This document shows, piece after piece, positions 49,452 through 51,545 of a stretch of 51,545 bases of DNA. The DNA comes from a virus, in the IMG/VR virus record IMGVR_UViG_3300045988_024116, positions 1-51,545 of that record. One strand, given 5' to 3'. The notes under the pieces are model-generated. The model was not told the origin of the DNA, ran no database searches, and saw only the letters and a program-made list of their open reading frames with translations. Numbering within the stretch: the stretch's first letter is position 1; each line of letters starts with the position of its first letter. Made by a program: the position numbers and the translations under genes.

Positions 49452-49636
49452 TATGCTGCTACCTCCAATGCAATCTGCACGATGTAGCAAATTGCGACAA
49501 TACCGGCGCAAACAGAGGCCAGCACATCAGGCCAGATTCTAAAGCCCTCAATACCCTTCTTGAACCGTGCAAGCAGTGCGAAAGCAATACTAATACCGGC
49601 CCAGACGACAGCAAGGCAAATGTGAAAAGTGATCAC
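49451..49636 (-). CDS. Small membrane protein (61 aa)
   Basis: ORF track entry; hydrophobic throughout. Confidence 0.5.
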   Translation of the reverse strand: MITFHICLAVVWAGISIAFALLARFKKGIEGFRIWPDVLASVCAGIVAICYIVQIALEVAA

Positions 49637-49881
49637 GTGAGACTCCTTTCAATAGTAAAACGTTCATCAGTAGGGACAACCTTGATTCGCACAAAGTAAC
49701 CGTAGGGTTCTTCCCACATAGGAACCTCAAGCTCAACCTCGAAAGGCTCCGACTCGTCCCAAGCCTGTTCCAAATAACCAATAAGGGTATTTTGGAAGTA
49801 AGGCGGCAGATCAGGACACTGTGCAACAATACCTTCTGGGGACAGATCAAACCCCACCCCGGTCTTTGTTAGTTTAGCCAT
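49633..49881 (-). CDS. Hypothetical protein (82 aa)
   Basis: ORF track entry. Confidence 0.55.
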   Translation of the reverse strand: MAKLTKTGVGFDLSPEGIVAQCPDLPPYFQNTLIGYLEQAWDESEPFEVELEVPMWEEPYGYFVRIKVVPTDERFTIERSLT

Positions 49882-50234
49882 TAGTAACTCTTATGAATCA
49901 GGTGGACATGCTCACGGTTACGCATGATTCGGACGAACATTTCGTGGTCATCCTTCTTCGTGTCATAGCAGCTCAGCCAGTAACCGTTAGCGCGGAACCA
50001 CTCTGCACCACCAATAGCAATCACACACCCGGTAATAATGTCTGCCACGTCATCAGGTGTCTTAATCTTAATACGGCTGGGTTGGCCGTCAAGATACGTC
50101 AGCTCGAACGGTTCCTCGTTGTTGTAGAGACCGCTATACATCTTTAGTTCTAGTGTTCGGTACTGCTGAAATGCCTCTTCGTACTCGCGGTGTAGAGATG
50201 AGTACTTATCAAGAGTCTCTTCAATCGTCTGCAT
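49881..50234 (-). CDS. Hypothetical protein (about 117 aa)
   Basis: The track ORF is 49881..50309. ATG 50234 follows aaggaaggaaac. Confidence 0.55.
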   Translation of the reverse strand: MQTIEETLDKYSSLHREYEEAFQQYRTLELKMYSGLYNNEEPFELTYLDGQPSRIKIKTPDDVADIITGCVIAIGGAEWFRANGYWLSCYDTKKDDHEMFVRIMRNREHVHLIHKSY

Positions 50235-50259
50235 TTTTGTTTCCTTCCTTGTTGTGTTG

Positions 50260-50376
50260 TTAGTTGAAAACCCGGTGACCATCGTTAATGATGGTGTAGC
50301 CACGCTCATGGCAAATATCCGCTACTTCTTCTTCGCTGTAGTAGTTGCCCTTGTTGTCCAGCCAGTAGTACGTCAT
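50260..50376 (-). CDS. Possible 38-aa ORF (weak)
   Basis: Read by hand: MTYYWLDNKGNYYSEEEVADICHERGYTIINDGHRVFN. It fills an otherwise empty gap, but no clear RBS is present. Confidence 0.3.
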   Translation of the reverse strand: MTYYWLDNKGNYYSEEEVADICHERGYTIINDGHRVFN

Positions 50377-50441
50377 TGGATGAGAAAGTACGTTGTGTTA
50401 CCAGCGAGGACACTCGCGCCACTACTGAGCCTAGTGATCAT

Positions 50442-50651
50442 CTACGACACAATCCTTCCAATACCGTCAATAATCAATCCAAGCCCTAAAAGGAACAACG
50501 ACAGTGCAGCCATACCGACAGCTACGGCCAAGACCTTATCAGTTATGTAATCGTAGCCAGAGTCCCACACTTCGTAAGCGAGAACCGCCAGGATAAGCGT
50601 GGCAGAAAAACATAGCACGCTTGCCACAATAAGACCAATCCCTACTCCCAT
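50442..50651 (-). CDS. Small membrane protein (about 69 aa)
   Basis: The track ORF is 50442..50720. ATG 50651 follows ggggga. Two hydrophobic segments. Confidence 0.5.
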   Translation of the reverse strand: MGVGIGLIVASVLCFSATLILAVLAYEVWDSGYDYITDKVLAVAVGMAALSLFLLGLGLIIDGIGRIVS

Positions 50652-50652
50652 G

Positions 50653-50979
50653 TCACATCCCCCAGTGAATAACCGACACCTTTGACCCATTGTGGCGCAT
50701 AAGGTCTGCAAGTTGTTCATCAGCGTACTGTTCGCCGCTAAACGTCACCCAACGACGTTCTGGCCCATCATTGATGAGAAAAGCCTCCCAACCACCACAG
50801 TTGAGCAGTGTGCCAGTATCGAAGTTTTCGACGGGGTAGACGACTGTTTCCAAGTCCTTGTTAATCAGCTCAACCTGGGTGCCTGTCAGTTCTGTGCTGT
50901 CGGTGTTGTATGCTTCATCGAGCTTCTTACGGAACTCTTCGATAGCATCGTCAATCATCTTCTGAATGTTGTTGGTCAT
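50653..50979 (-). CDS. Hypothetical protein (108 aa)
   Basis: ORF track entry; ATG preceded by aaaggagaaacc. Confidence 0.6.
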   Translation of the reverse strand: MTNNIQKMIDDAIEEFRKKLDEAYNTDSTELTGTQVELINKDLETVVYPVENFDTGTLLNCGGWEAFLINDGPERRWVTFSGEQYADEQLADLMRHNGSKVSVIHWGM

Positions 50980-50993
50980 TGGTTTCTCCTTTG

Positions 50994-51311
50994 CTAGTGT
51001 TCCGGGTGCGGGTCGAAAATAACTTCGACAGTCAGGTTGCCACGCTTAATGTTGTTGAGCATTGTGAAAACGTCACAAGAATAGCCCTCATTGTTGACCC
51101 ACCTGCCGCTTAGTATGCCTGCTGCTTCACGGTTCGACAGCAGCCATACAGGGTTTGTGGTGAGGGTGGAGTTATGCAGTCGAATAACCGTGCCAGGATT
51201 AAGGATGCCACCGTAGATGATGTTGTGGCCTGTGGTGATGTAGATCCTTGAGGCCCACACAGTATCCAACAGGTTGTCGTATGCCTCCGACAGGGCCGTG
51301 GTTTCCTGCAT
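50994..51311 (-). CDS. Hypothetical protein, first gene of the leftward arm
   Basis: ORF track entry; ATG preceded by gaaaggagaaatgac. Confidence 0.6.
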   Translation of the reverse strand: MQETTALSEAYDNLLDTVWASRIYITTGHNIIYGGILNPGTVIRLHNSTLTTNPVWLLSNREAAGILSGRWVNNEGYSCDVFTMLNNIKRGNLTVEVIFDPHPEH

Positions 51312-51338
51312 GTCATTTCTCCTTTCGTTGATGCTTTA

Positions 51339-51367
51339 AGTATAGAAGGGTAGACGGTTAAAGTCAA
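51339..51367 (-). promoter_or_regulatory. Strong candidate leftward early promoter
   Basis: On the minus strand: TTGACT (51367..51362), 17-nt spacer, TATACT (51344..51339), about 28 nt upstream of the first leftward gene. Confidence 0.6.
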
Positions 51368-51490
51368 CAAGATAGCGTGTGATCTGACCCACTCTATTGA
51401 GGGGTGTGGGGGAGAAATACACGAAGGGGTATGACACCCCCTCTCTTCTTTACACTCATAAGCATTTGATTTTTTAAAAGCTATTTTTTA

Positions 51491-51545
51491 CCCCGCTGTC
51501 AAGCGACCGACCGACCAACTCACCTGCCTACCTGCCACATCCTAC
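51491..51545. repeat. Second copy of the 55-bp end repeat (equals 1..55)
   Basis: Exact identity to bases 1-55. Confidence 0.95.

Noticed and set aside
51399-51443. Imperfect hairpin ggggtgt-n26-acacccc near the right end, considered as a terminator
   Set aside because: The stem is only 7 bp with a 26-nt loop, and no upstream gene on either strand needs termination there. It is more likely part of the control or packaging region, so it was not called as a feature.

Overview
The window is a complete tailed dsDNA phage genome. Bases 1-55 are identical to 51491-51545, so the unique length is about 51,490 bp and the contig closes on itself. The organisation is siphovirus-type. The host is probably an actinobacterium, based on a WhiB-type regulator, an LAxTG sortase signal and GC-rich hairpin terminators without U-tracts.

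The genes form two convergent arms that meet at a bidirectional terminator (18391..18434).
- Plus arm (1.16-18.39 kb): small early genes, then a replication and recombination module. It contains an SNF2-like helicase, dCMP deaminase, a Cas4/RecB-like nuclease, an AAA_24-type ATPase, an AlpA-like HTH protein, a DUF669-like protein, a primase-helicase, a family A DNA polymerase, WhiB and a RuvC-like resolvase.
- Minus arm (51.3 to 18.5 kb): about 20 small early genes, a tRNA cluster and a two-gene moron (GH16 glycosidase plus an LAxTG-anchored surface protein). These are followed by dUTPase, NrdH, a lysis cassette, terminase, portal, scaffold, capsid, connector proteins, major tail protein, tail chaperones, a 1746-aa tape measure and the tail tip genes.

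No integrase, repressor or transposase was recognised. About 1.3 kb between the arms (51312..51490 plus 1..1157) is non-coding and strongly G-poor on the plus strand.

The most unusual content is a set of non-decoding tRNA-like RNAs.
- Two paralogous 'tRNA top-half' elements lie between early genes (1713..1763 and 2701..2749). Each has a 7-bp acceptor stem, a GG-containing linker and a canonical T-arm, but no anticodon arm. Base-pair covariation between the two copies supports the fold.
- The tRNA cluster mixes three canonical tRNAs (Leu-CAA, Pro-TGG, Gln-TTG) with two or three aberrant tRNA-like genes.

All functional calls come from motif and synteny reading only. No database search was run.
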